Positions 18,700 through 28,209 of a stretch of 64,000 nucleotides of DNA are shown here, piece by piece. Numbering within the stretch: position 1 is the stretch's first letter; every line of letters starts with the position of its first letter. Source of the stretch: an uncultured Lachnospiraceae bacterium (GTDB taxonomy: Bacteria > Bacillota > Clostridia > Lachnospirales > Lachnospiraceae); the NCBI GenBank assembly GCA_946566685.1, contig CAMNXA010000006.1, positions 14,699 to 78,698 of the forward strand, written 5' to 3'. The position numbers and the translations under genes are program-made. The notes under the pieces were generated by a model. That model worked only from the letters and a program-made list of their open reading frames with translations. It was not told the origin of the DNA and searched no databases.

Positions 18700-19089
18700 T
18701 TATACTCCTCTGTTCTTTAATTGATCAATCAGGCCCCTGTCCGCCGGCAGCCATGATACGCTGTCCAAGTTCTCCTTCGTAAGCCACCTGGCCGCTTCAT
18801 GTTCTTTCAATACAAGATCGCCGGACTTGATTGTGCAGAAGAAGCAGTCCATGGATAGGTGAAACGCAGGATAATCGTACTCCACGGTATCAATCAGTTC
18901 TCCCACTTCAATCTCTGTATCTAATTCTTCCCGAATTTCACGAATTAATGCTTCCTGAGGCGTCTCTCCCTCTTCAATCTTACCGCCGGGAAATTCCCAG
19001 CCGTCCTTGAATTCGCCATATCCCCGCTGGGTGGCGAAAATCTGGTGGTTGTGGGTGATGATGGCGGCTACTACTTTGATGGTTTTCAT
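18700..19089 (-). CDS. NUDIX hydrolase (MutT/8-oxo-dGTPase-like)
   Basis: The Nudix box is GGKIEEGETPQEALIREIREELDTEI. I prefer the ATG at 19089 (MKTIKVVAAII). Confidence 0.88.
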   Translation of the reverse strand: MKTIKVVAAIITHNHQIFATQRGYGEFKDGWEFPGGKIEEGETPQEALIREIREELDTEIEVGELIDTVEYDYPAFHLSMDCFFCTIKSGDLVLKEHEAARWLTKENLDSVSWLPADRGLIDQLKNRGV

Positions 19090-19102
19090 GGTTGTGTGTC
19101 TC

Positions 19103-22048
19103 CTATCCATTTATAATATATTGGTAAATATCTTCCCTTACAGGAGTATCCAAAAGCCACTCAATTTCAACAGCTGTCTTATCCGTATTAGGCATAGTAA
19201 AAACCTGTGCTTCACCGCTTGCCATCACACGGCCTAAATAATAAAATTCCTTTGAAATCTTATCATCTTTATTCTTACGTACAAATAAGTGTACATCAAT
19301 TCCTCTCTCTTTTGCTCTCAGGAAATTCTGCACATCTTCTGATTCAAGATCACGCCCGCTCTTCGAAATAGCTATCAGCATACTATTATTTATAAAATGA
19401 TCCTCATATTTTGTTGTATCGCTGATATCGTCCGCTTTATCATAATTAATGAAAATAGGAAATGTTTTTGTTTTCTTGTCCAATTTATACCCGCCTATGT
19501 TCAGAGGTACTTCATTATTTTCCCAATTCAAAAGCCGGCATACATCTTCATATGTATACTTTTGATACAACACTAGGTTTGTATCCTGGTAACGATTACT
19601 ATAATTTGTTCTATATCTTTCTATTCCAAACTCTAACAATTCCTTCAAAATGGAATAAAAATCCGGATTTTGCAACATCTGAGCCATTGTATTAGAAATT
19701 TTATATTCGACTTTCTGGTCGTTGCCGCTTTCTTCTTCCAAAAATATACACTCTTCATAAGTTTTCTTTCCAGAACCTGTCGGAAATTCATTTGTCATAA
19801 TGCTCACAACATTTTCCATACAATCCTGATTCATTGACTGACCATAGTTTCTCTGTAAAGAATCCTGTAGCGCGCCAATCAATCCATGCCCCAAAGTAAA
19901 CATCCTATTTAAAAGCGCCAACTCATGTATTCTCTTTCCACTTGCCAACTTTTTAGACACAAATTCAATCATTTTCTCTTCTGTCTTGGACAAACGAATC
20001 TGATATTCCTTCTCATACTTTACTAAAAATTTATAATAGGAGCCAAGACTATTATTATCAAAAATGCGAAGCACATCCATTTCTCCATATTTATCAAAAT
20101 CCCGCAAAGCCGGAATATGGCCTAATTTATTCTTTAGGTTGAAATAGTTATCTTTAATTAATTTAATATCACTAAAATTAGCCGAATCAATAGCTGCAAA
20201 AATACGTTTTTTTGATATTTCATCAAAATGTATCGTAGAGGCACCCGGAATAATACGCTCTCCCTCAAGCACATAACGGCGGATATTGTCCTTATTGTAA
20301 CTTCGATCCCCCGACAGTGCAATCGGAATCATAAAGTTATTCTTATAGTTTCCAATAAAATCAAGAATTACCGTGTATTCTTTACCCTCTGCTCTACGAA
20401 GTCCTCGGCCAAGTTGCTGTACAAATACAATCGGAGACTCTGTAGGCCGTAACATAACGACCTGATTAATCTCCGGAATATCAACACCTTCATTAAAAAT
20501 ATCAACAGTGAGAATATAATCTAGGTTTTCCTCCTCATCTGTCACTAGGCGTTCAATTGCTTCCTCTCTCTTTTCCTGGCTATCTTTACCGGTCAAAGCC
20601 AAGGTTCTATAGCCCCTATCGTTAAATTTCTCACTAAGTATATTGGCTTCCTTCTTAGAGCTGCAAAAAATCAGTCCTTTTACACGATCACCACTATAAC
20701 CATAATACTCAATTTGTTCAACTATATAATTCACACGATCATCTGACGTTAACCGATTAAAATCTTTAAATCCTGTCTCTTCGTCCACTGTCTCACCGTC
20801 AATCTGTAAATCCGTAATACCAAAATAATGAAAAGGACATAATAAACCTTCTTCTAATGCCTGTTGCAAACGAATTTCATAAGCAATATTATGATCAAAG
20901 GCTTGATATACATCATAGTTATCTGTTCTCTCCGGTGAGGCCGTCATGCCGAGCCAAAAGGCCGGCTTAAAATATTCCATTATATTCTGATAACTAGATG
21001 CACCTACTCTATGTGCCTCATCAATAATAATTGTCTGAAATTCATCTTTAGCAAATTGCGCAAGAACTTCTGGCTTAGCCATCATCTGCATGGTAGAAAA
21101 AAGATAATCTGCCTCATATTCTTTCGCATTTCCAGATAATAATCCAAATGTTTTCGTATTTCCAAACACTCTCTTATAGCTGGCAATTGCCTGCTTTGCA
21201 ATTTGTTCCCTATGCACAAGGAATAATGCCTTTTTAGGGTTATCATCCCGCAGAGCAAACGCAGAGGCATATGTCTTACCTGTCCCCGTAGCCGAAATAA
21301 GAAGCGCTCTTTTTCCTCCCGCTTCTCGTATTTTACGTAAATTGGCAATAAAACTTACCTGCATAGAATTGGGCTGTAACTTATATGTTTCTATAGAAGA
21401 AATTTTTTCTTTCTTCGCAATTATTCTCTGTTTCTTCGCTATTTCATATTTGATTCGATACTCTTCAATAATTTCTTCATACTTCCGCGTATGTTCGGAA
21501 TTCCACAATTCATCAAATTCTGTCACAATAGCCTTTGAGAATTCACCCTGATCTGTCGAAACAATCTTAGTATTCCACTCCTTATTTGTCGTTAAAGCAC
21601 TCGAAGTCATATTAGAACTACCTATAATAATCTTATAAATCTCTTCATTTCTAAAAATATAACCTTTGGTATGAAATCCATGATTTGCTTCCTCCACATC
21701 ATACATTTTTAATGTAATATTTTCTAATTCAGACAATTTTTCTAATGCTTTTGGTTCACTAAAATTCAAATAATTGGTTGTCAAAATACGTCCTTTGATT
21801 TCTCGCCTTTCTAATTCTTTTAATGTCTGTAAAAATGGTGTAATACCACTCAACGTAATAAATGCAACACTGATTGCAAATTCTGAACACGCCAAAAGTT
21901 CATCTTCCACAGATGAAAGCACTTTACTTCCTGCTTTATAATTGTTGGAAACAAATTGAGGTTTATAGGCAAGGTTTGAAATAATAGAGGAATCTATAAA
22001 TGCTGTATTGAATCCTTGTTTAAGTTGACTAAGCTTATCATTTGTCAC
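19103..22048 (-). CDS. PLD-family nuclease domain + SF2 (DEAH) helicase + DUF3427-like C-terminal domain protein
   Basis: The N-terminal HKD motif is GFHTKGYIF...IIIGSSNMTSSAL. Helicase motif I is SATGTGKTYA, motif II is IIIDEAHR, and the helicase C-terminal region includes VQQLGRGLR. The C-terminal ~250 aa (...GGYKLDKKTKTFPIFINYDK...LFVRKNK...FYYLG) resembles DUF3427 as I remember it. The start is a GTG 9 nt after AGGAGA. The gene is AT-rich. Confidence 0.8.
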   Translation of the reverse strand: MTNDKLSQLKQGFNTAFIDSSIISNLAYKPQFVSNNYKAGSKVLSSVEDELLACSEFAISVAFITLSGITPFLQTLKELERREIKGRILTTNYLNFSEPKALEKLSELENITLKMYDVEEANHGFHTKGYIFRNEEIYKIIIGSSNMTSSALTTNKEWNTKIVSTDQGEFSKAIVTEFDELWNSEHTRKYEEIIEEYRIKYEIAKKQRIIAKKEKISSIETYKLQPNSMQVSFIANLRKIREAGGKRALLISATGTGKTYASAFALRDDNPKKALFLVHREQIAKQAIASYKRVFGNTKTFGLLSGNAKEYEADYLFSTMQMMAKPEVLAQFAKDEFQTIIIDEAHRVGASSYQNIMEYFKPAFWLGMTASPERTDNYDVYQAFDHNIAYEIRLQQALEEGLLCPFHYFGITDLQIDGETVDEETGFKDFNRLTSDDRVNYIVEQIEYYGYSGDRVKGLIFCSSKKEANILSEKFNDRGYRTLALTGKDSQEKREEAIERLVTDEEENLDYILTVDIFNEGVDIPEINQVVMLRPTESPIVFVQQLGRGLRRAEGKEYTVILDFIGNYKNNFMIPIALSGDRSYNKDNIRRYVLEGERIIPGASTIHFDEISKKRIFAAIDSANFSDIKLIKDNYFNLKNKLGHIPALRDFDKYGEMDVLRIFDNNSLGSYYKFLVKYEKEYQIRLSKTEEKMIEFVSKKLASGKRIHELALLNRMFTLGHGLIGALQDSLQRNYGQSMNQDCMENVVSIMTNEFPTGSGKKTYEECIFLEEESGNDQKVEYKISNTMAQMLQNPDFYSILKELLEFGIERYRTNYSNRYQDTNLVLYQKYTYEDVCRLLNWENNEVPLNIGGYKLDKKTKTFPIFINYDKADDISDTTKYEDHFINNSMLIAISKSGRDLESEDVQNFLRAKERGIDVHLFVRKNKDDKISKEFYYLGRVMASGEAQVFTMPNTDKTAVEIEWLLDTPVREDIYQYIING

Positions 22049-22164
22049 GATTTATGTTCTCCTGTACTCTTTATTTTATCTCCGTCAAAAAAATACATCC
22101 AATTTACTTCACCGCAAATCACGATTTCTCTTACATTGTAAATTGAATGTACTTCCCATTTACT

Positions 22165-22605
22165 CTATATACTGCCTTCTTTTCTTTTCACTAATTCATA
22201 CACATTTACCATAGGAAAGCGAATTGGATTGACAAATCCGGACAACGCAGTTGAAGCTGTTACATATGCCCTGCTCAATTGCATCAGCGTACTAAGTCCA
22301 TTGATTTTGAGCATATTTAAAAATCTTCCTTTATCCAACTGTTCGCTTTCTCCCTCAAAAGTCCCCATTATATCTAATCGAATCTGAAATAACTCTTCTT
22401 CTGCATCCGTTCTGCCTGTCATTTCAATAAACAAATGTAATTCCGACTGTAATATTCCATCTATTTCTGTAATTTCCGATATCTCATAATCCGCTCCAAA
22501 AGAAACCTTTTGGCTTCCATACTCACCAGTTGCTTCCTTTTGCTTAAACTCAAAAGATACAATCCGATTTTCTTTCATCTGGAACGGTGAAATCATCCCA
22601 CTCAT
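22165..22605 (-). CDS. SecB-like chaperone (third component of a TAC module)
   Basis: The 146-aa product is colinear with the SecB pattern: FQMKENRIVSFEFK..., ...FQIRLDIMGTFEGE... and ...NGLSTLMQLSRAYVTASTALSGFVNPIRFPMVNVYEL. An ATGA start/stop overlap links it to the upstream antitoxin gene. Confidence 0.7.
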   Translation of the reverse strand: MSGMISPFQMKENRIVSFEFKQKEATGEYGSQKVSFGADYEISEITEIDGILQSELHLFIEMTGRTDAEEELFQIRLDIMGTFEGESEQLDKGRFLNMLKINGLSTLMQLSRAYVTASTALSGFVNPIRFPMVNVYELVKRKEGSI

Positions 22606-22970
22606 GACGCAAACCCCATACTATCAATATATTCCTCATTTGGTTCAGATACTATCTGTTCAAAGATATATGTCTCGCTTTTTACACCACTTTCAAATTG
22701 TATATTAAATTTCCAAGACAATTTCTGTGCAATCTCAAATAGCATTTTGACAGTAGGGTTATATTCGCCGCTTTCCAGCTTTGAAACCATGGCCTGCGTA
22801 ATCTGCAATTTTTCAGCCAGATCTTTTTGTGACATTTTATTTTTAGCACGAAAATTAATAAATTCACATGCTATATCTACCAGCAGATCTTCAACTGCCA
22901 TTTTTTGATTAAATTCATTACTTTCTCCCTCGAAAAAGGAATACGCATCAACTAACATTTTGTTCTCCAT
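22602..22970 (-). CDS. XRE-family HTH antitoxin (HigA-like) with a C-terminal tail
   Basis: The HTH is MSQKDLAEKLQITQAMVSKLESGEYNPTVKMLFEIAQKL, followed by a tail of about 45 aa. I prefer the ATG at 22970. The alternative TTG at 22994 would overlap the toxin stop. Confidence 0.75.
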   Translation of the reverse strand: MENKMLVDAYSFFEGESNEFNQKMAVEDLLVDIACEFINFRAKNKMSQKDLAEKLQITQAMVSKLESGEYNPTVKMLFEIAQKLSWKFNIQFESGVKSETYIFEQIVSEPNEEYIDSMGFAS

Positions 22971-22987
22971 ATTACTCTCCCATTCTA

Positions 22988-23395
22988 CTAGCAAATTAAT
23001 TTACTTCTTCTTTCTTTTGCAACGCGTTTCGGATCTCGATAATCTTTTGTACTCTTTTCTTGAAAACAACAATATAAAATTACAACTTCTCTGTCATTTA
23101 CCACTTCAAATGAAAAAAGAATCCGAATATTTTTCTTCCCTTTTAATTTAATTGCATGTAATCCTTCTGCTTCGTTTAAACACTCAAATAAATTGGACTG
23201 CATAACACAGCTTCTTTTCAGATTTTCTAAAAATCTGAGACTCCTACGATATTTTGTCTTAAACTCCTTCACATAACCACTTTTTTCCATTATGTCCGCT
23301 AATTCTTCATTAAAAGAAGGATAAGTATAAATATACGTTGTCTCATATTCATCTGGATACCAAATATTTTGCAGTTCAATTAGATTATCATTCAT
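22988..23395 (-). CDS. RelE/HigB-superfamily (phage Gp49-like) toxin
   Basis: The core is ...FECLNEAEGLHAIKLKGKKNIRILFSFEVVNDREVVILYCCFQEKSTKDYRDPKRVAKERR. It is the first gene of a three-gene overlapping set. Confidence 0.65.
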   Translation of the reverse strand: MNDNLIELQNIWYPDEYETTYIYTYPSFNEELADIMEKSGYVKEFKTKYRRSLRFLENLKRSCVMQSNLFECLNEAEGLHAIKLKGKKNIRILFSFEVVNDREVVILYCCFQEKSTKDYRDPKRVAKERRSKLIC

Positions 23396-23408
23396 AGTAT
23401 ATGACCAT

Positions 23409-23437
23409 CTTTACCGAAAGTATACAACTTATAAGTT
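23409..23437 (-). promoter_or_regulatory. promoter with an embedded palindromic operator for the TAC module
   Basis: The minus strand reads TTGAAA, a 17-nt spacer, then TATACT. The spacer contains the perfect 12-bp palindrome AACTTATAAGTT (23417-23428). Confidence 0.45.
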
Positions 23438-23561
23438 ATATTTTCAACCCTTTCTTTCCTTTTTATTGATTTAAATATATCAAGCTTCTATCTATTACAT
23501 TTATAATATCATTTTTATCTTTTGCCAACAATATTTGATATAAGAGATGGCCTCCTTCCCT

Positions 23562-25475
23562 TCACCGCTTCTTCCCCTTCCCCAAAACCTCGCTCAACTC
23601 CCCAAAATAGAACTTCTCCCGAATCCCGCCGGTATGCTCCCGAATACATTCCAAAAACCGCCCCCCATACTTCTCATACTTAAACGCCCCCATCCCGTTC
23701 ACTTCCATCATCTCTTCCCGGTTCATGGGCAGGCGCACACACATATCCACCAGCGTCTTATCCGAAAAGACCAGATACGGCGGCAGGCTCTCCTCGCGGG
23801 CAATGCTCATGCGCAGTCCCCGCAGAATATCGAAAAACTCAAGTCCTCTGGTATTGAGGATATCGGAGCGTCTTTTCCCTGTCCCTTTGATTCTGTCGTC
23901 TTCCTCAATGATCCGGCTGCTCCTGGGCTCCATCTTCACAGTCACTGTACAAATACCATCCATGATATCCTGCGCTTTACCGGTGGTCTGTAGCAGGGCA
24001 TACTTATCCTGCGTCTGTCTCAGATATCCTTCCTGCATCATCTGTCCGATCAGATCTTTGATCTCCTGCTCCCGGAACTTATGCAGCGTGCCATAGGAAG
24101 GATAGCGCTCCACCCGGTACTCCCGCAGTTTTGCACTTTTTCCGCCGAGCAGCGTTCCTACGACCACATTGATCCCATACCTCTCGTCCAGGTCGTCCAG
24201 GCACTGAATCACCTGTCTGGCCTCACTGGTCATGTCTTTCTCCACATAATGCTTCTGACAGTTCCCGCATTTCCCACAGGCGCCTCTGCTTTCTTCCCCG
24301 AAATAGCGCAGGATATAAGTCCGCAGGCACTCTTTGGTATTGCAGTAGAAATTCATGGTTTGCAGGCGTTTTTCATCCCGCTCGCGGATGGTTCTGTACT
24401 CTTCTTCCGTAAAGTTGGGGTTGACTTCTTTGTTTTCCAGAAGGAAACGGTTGATCATAATATCCTGTGCCGAGTAGAGAAGAACGCAGTCGGAAGGCTC
24501 TCCGTCCCGCCCGGCGCGCCCCGCCTCCTGGTAGTAATTTTCCATGCTCTGCGGCATATTATAGTGGAGTACATAGCGCACATTGGACTTATCAATGCCC
24601 ATGCCGAAAGCATTGGTCGCTACGATCACCGATTTTCTGTCATAGATAAAATCATCCTGGTTCTGTCGGCGTTCCTCATTGGTGAGGCCGGCATGGTATT
24701 TGGTGACCGCTATGCCCTCTTTCAGCAGAGTCTCGTAGACCTTCTCCACGTTCTTTCTGGTAGCACAGTAGATGATGCCGCTCTCTTTGTCGTGATCTGC
24801 CACATAATGCTGCAAGTATCTGGTTCTGCTCTTTGCATGTTCCACAGAGAAGAAAAGGTTCTGCCTGTCAAATCCTGTCACCAGCGTTTCCGGATTGTCC
24901 AGACCAAGCACGCAGATGATATCATCCTTCACCTCTCCGGTAGCGGTAGCGGTAAAGGCGCTTAAGATGGGACGTTTGGGAAGTCTCCTGACAAACTGTA
25001 CAATGTTCAGATAACTGGGACGGAAGTCCTGTCCCCATTGGGAAATGCAGTGCGCTTCATCCACCGCTACCATACTGATGTCCACAGATTGTGCGAAATG
25101 CAGGAAACGCTCTGTCTCCAACCGCTCCGGCGCCACATAGATAATCTTATACTGTCCCTGTCCTGCAAGGGTAAGTGCCTTAGCAATCTGGTTCTCGCTA
25201 AGGGAGCTGTTGATATAAGCGGCATGGACACCTGCCTGATTGAGAGACTGCACCTGATCTTTCATCAAAGATATCAGGGGCGAAATCACCAGGGTGATAC
25301 CCGGCAGAAGAAGCGCCGGCACCTGGTAGCAGACGGATTTACCCGCCCCGGTAGGCATGATTCCCAGAACGTCTTTACCTTGAAGGATCTGATCAATCAG
25401 CACTTCCTGGCCTTCTCTGAAAGAATAGTAGCCATAGTATTTTTGTAAAATATCATATTTGGTCATACTTGTCAT
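23562..25475 (-). CDS. recQ: ATP-dependent DNA helicase RecQ
   Basis: It has MPTGAGKSVCYQ, VAVDEAHCISQWGQDFRPSY, a zinc-binding CGKCGNC cluster and an HRDC-like C-terminus (...LRMSIAREESLPPYLVFSDKTL). Confidence 0.93.
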   Translation of the reverse strand: MTSMTKYDILQKYYGYYSFREGQEVLIDQILQGKDVLGIMPTGAGKSVCYQVPALLLPGITLVISPLISLMKDQVQSLNQAGVHAAYINSSLSENQIAKALTLAGQGQYKIIYVAPERLETERFLHFAQSVDISMVAVDEAHCISQWGQDFRPSYLNIVQFVRRLPKRPILSAFTATATGEVKDDIICVLGLDNPETLVTGFDRQNLFFSVEHAKSRTRYLQHYVADHDKESGIIYCATRKNVEKVYETLLKEGIAVTKYHAGLTNEERRQNQDDFIYDRKSVIVATNAFGMGIDKSNVRYVLHYNMPQSMENYYQEAGRAGRDGEPSDCVLLYSAQDIMINRFLLENKEVNPNFTEEEYRTIRERDEKRLQTMNFYCNTKECLRTYILRYFGEESRGACGKCGNCQKHYVEKDMTSEARQVIQCLDDLDERYGINVVVGTLLGGKSAKLREYRVERYPSYGTLHKFREQEIKDLIGQMMQEGYLRQTQDKYALLQTTGKAQDIMDGICTVTVKMEPRSSRIIEEDDRIKGTGKRRSDILNTRGLEFFDILRGLRMSIAREESLPPYLVFSDKTLVDMCVRLPMNREEMMEVNGMGAFKYEKYGGRFLECIREHTGGIREKFYFGELSEVLGKGKKR

Positions 25476-25498
25476 AAGTAAATTTCCTTTTAGAATTT

Positions 25499-26299
25499 TC
25501 AACTGTGTTGTATATATTTACCATAAGCCCAGCCCACTTTTTTGCCGGACAATAAGTACTCTTTTACCTTACGCTGCAATGTGGTATATTCCGGAAGCTG
25601 TTCATAGGGCAAATCCCTTGAAGGATAAATCCAATCCATAAAGGCGGGGCTGTCCTCCTCCACTTCTATCACTGAGAATTGTCTTTGAAAGGCAAGGATA
25701 TTGGAATCTTCCGGTAAAATCTCTGCCAGAGCCGGCGCTAATAACCAGGAATTACAATAAATTTCTGCATGGGAGTATTCGGGATAAAATTTTTCTACAA
25801 AGGGGTAAATCCCATCTATTTTTCCGGTTTTCAAGTTGGCATCAGACGGGATGTGTATGTAAATCTTTTTAACGCCGTCCTCTTCCAGTAATTCATATTC
25901 ATATTCGCCTATCCTGAATTCGCACATGGCTATTTGTCTTGGAAACCAAAAAGCCCAGGTAAATGCGCTGTATCCATGTTTTGCTTTATGTTCTTTGACA
26001 AAGCGGGGGATAAATGCAACGGTATCCCAAAAGATGGTTTCGGAAATGCCTTTTTGCAGATACCTGTCATAGGTTGTTAACAGGCAGTGCATATATAGCG
26101 TTACAATTTTAATGCCCCTTTCATCCGTCCCAACATAGGTCTGTAGTTTTTGGAGCGCCTCATCCCATGCAGTACAATCAAATAATAACGCCAGGGTATC
26201 TGCTATCTCTTCATAATCGACAAGCTTATCATAATTCAGGATTTCATCTGTAAAGCTGTCTTCCATTTCAAATGCCGAACATAGTTTATTAATATTCAT
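25499..26299 (-). CDS. conserved hypothetical protein (acyltransferase-associated/DUF5596-like by recollection)
   Basis: A clean ORF 23 nt upstream of recQ. I see no catalytic motif that I can name. The start is ATG 26299 or 26323. Confidence 0.45.
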   Translation of the reverse strand: MNINKLCSAFEMEDSFTDEILNYDKLVDYEEIADTLALLFDCTAWDEALQKLQTYVGTDERGIKIVTLYMHCLLTTYDRYLQKGISETIFWDTVAFIPRFVKEHKAKHGYSAFTWAFWFPRQIAMCEFRIGEYEYELLEEDGVKKIYIHIPSDANLKTGKIDGIYPFVEKFYPEYSHAEIYCNSWLLAPALAEILPEDSNILAFQRQFSVIEVEEDSPAFMDWIYPSRDLPYEQLPEYTTLQRKVKEYLLSGKKVGWAYGKYIQHS

Positions 26300-26495
26300 A
26301 TGTCTCTCCCAAAATACTGCCATTTTTCATCCATTATAATTCTAAATTACCTGTAAAGCAAATGGGATGTGGTGGTGACAGGACATACATGAACGTAATC
26401 CCACCCAATGATGTATAGAACATTTAGTAGAAAACTTCTAAATTAGATACTAGAATACAAATCACATAATAATAATCAATTAAAACTTTGCCAGC

Positions 26496-26522
26496 TTTCC
26501 CCGGTATCTGCTACCGGGGAAA
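26496..26522 (-). terminator. stem-loop downstream of the ABC operon
   Basis: TTTCCCCGG-9 nt-CCGGGGAAA (a 9-bp stem) lies 47 nt after the stop at 26569. There is no clean U-tract. Confidence 0.4.
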
Positions 26523-26568
26523 ACCTGCATTTAGTCAAATCATAAACCGGCCGTGCTCCAAAATCTTA

Positions 26569-27336
26569 CTACTCGGAAACAGCCTCCGTATACTTCACTG
26601 CCAGTTCATTGATGGTGCCGTCAGCTAACATCCCCTCAATGGACTTATTAATCTTCTCAAGCAGTTCGGTGTTGCCCTTCTGCACTGCGATCGCATATTC
26701 TTCGGACTCGAATGCGCTTGCATCTTCTACAATCTTTAAGCCCTCATTATCGCTCACATACTTCTGTGCAGTAGCGGAGTCGATCACCACCACATCGCAC
26801 TTTCCGTTCACCAGTTCCATAACTGCCTCTGTGCCCTTTTTGAAAGCCTCGTAAGGATAACCCATATCCTGTACGCAGATTTCACCGGTATAACCCTGTA
26901 TTACACAGATCCTCTTATCCGCCATATCCGCTGCCGTTGCAATATCGGAATCCTCTTTCACGATCATAACCTGTGTCGCGGTGTAGTATGTGGTAGAGAA
27001 GTCCACGGTCTCCCTTCTCTCGTCTGTTGCTGTCATACCTGCGATAACCGCATCGATCTGACCATTCTGCAACGCCACTAAGAGGGAATCAAACTCCATG
27101 TTCTCGATTGCCGCTGTCATACCGTTCTGCTCTGCAATGTTTTTGGCGATGGCCATATCGATACCGTCATACTGGTCGATCACACCCTCAGATGCCACAA
27201 ACTCAAAGGGCGGGAACTCCGCATTGGTACCGAAAGTGATTTTGCCGCCTTTGCCAGAGCCGCCGCAGGCTGTCAGTGTACCTGCCAGCATTACCATTGC
27301 CGCTGCAAGTGCCATTACTTTAGTTACTTTTTTCAT
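26569..27336 (-). CDS. amino acid ABC transporter substrate-binding lipoprotein
   Basis: The lipobox is LTACGG. The type-3 SBP pattern is KITFGTNAEFPPFEF...DAVIAGMTATDERRETVDFS. Confidence 0.9.
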   Translation of the reverse strand: MKKVTKVMALAAAMVMLAGTLTACGGSGKGGKITFGTNAEFPPFEFVASEGVIDQYDGIDMAIAKNIAEQNGMTAAIENMEFDSLLVALQNGQIDAVIAGMTATDERRETVDFSTTYYTATQVMIVKEDSDIATAADMADKRICVIQGYTGEICVQDMGYPYEAFKKGTEAVMELVNGKCDVVVIDSATAQKYVSDNEGLKIVEDASAFESEEYAIAVQKGNTELLEKINKSIEGMLADGTINELAVKYTEAVSE

Positions 27337-27474
27337 AATCTTATCCTCCTCTGAAATTTTTGTGGGGTTCCGGATATTTGACTGCGAAAAGCAAATCCCC
27401 TATCCTGTCTCCACATCCTGTATTACAAGCCGACATCCTTGTTAATCCAATACTCGCCGGCATAATACTCAGTT

Positions 27475-28197
27475 TTAAAGCACCTTACTGAGGAAATTCT
27501 TCGTCCTCTCATTCTGCGGATTGCCAAAGACTTCCTCCGGCGTACCGCTCTCCATGATCACGCCCTGATCAATGAACAACACTCTGGAAGCTACTTCCCT
27601 GGCAAATCCCATCTCATGGGTAACGATCACCATCGTCATGCCGGACCTGGCCAAATCTTTCATAACATCCAGCACTTCGCCTACCATTTCCGGATCCAGG
27701 GCCGATGTGGGCTCATCGAAAAGCATGATCTCCGGATCCATCGCCAGCGCCCTGGCAATGGCCACACGCTGTTTCTGTCCGCCGGAAAGCTGTGCGGGAT
27801 AAGCATCCGCCTTTTCCGCCAGGTTAACACGCTCCAAAAGTTCCTGGCCGCGCTTTACCGCCTCCTCCTTCGTCATCTTCTTTAAAAGTACCGGAGCCAG
27901 CGTAATATTCTCCATAATGGTCAGGTGGGGAAACAAATTGAACTGCTGAAACACCATGCCCATCTTCTGGCGTACTCGGTTCACATCCACCTTCGGCGCC
28001 GTGATCAGTTCATCATCCACGTATATCTCTCCCTCGGTGGCTGTCTCCAACAGGTTCAGGCATCTTAGAAAAGTACTCTTGCCGGAACCGGAAGGGCCGA
28101 TCACCACCACCACTTCTCCCGGTGTGATATGCTCGTCAATTCCGTCCAATACATGGAGATCTTCAAATGTTTTATGTAAGTTTTTTACTTTGATCAT
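27475..28197 (-). CDS. amino acid ABC transporter ATP-binding protein
   Basis: It has [24 protein letters not shown] and [12 protein letters not shown]. Confidence 0.95.
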   Translation of the reverse strand: MIKVKNLHKTFEDLHVLDGIDEHITPGEVVVVIGPSGSGKSTFLRCLNLLETATEGEIYVDDELITAPKVDVNRVRQKMGMVFQQFNLFPHLTIMENITLAPVLLKKMTKEEAVKRGQELLERVNLAEKADAYPAQLSGGQKQRVAIARALAMDPEIMLFDEPTSALDPEMVGEVLDVMKDLARSGMTMVIVTHEMGFAREVASRVLFIDQGVIMESGTPEEVFGNPQNERTKNFLSKVL

Positions 28198-28209
28198 GGC
28201 CTCTTCCTC

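Noticed and set aside
19103-23509. Annotating the AT-rich islet as a mobile genetic element.
   Set aside because: There is no recombinase, transposase, conjugation or phage structural gene. Only compositional bias and one 12-bp direct repeat support it, and the repeat could be chance in AT-rich DNA. It is reported as a finding, not as a mobile_element feature.
24081-24965. A 294-aa plus-strand ORF lies inside recQ.
   Set aside because: It is antisense to an unambiguous RecQ gene.
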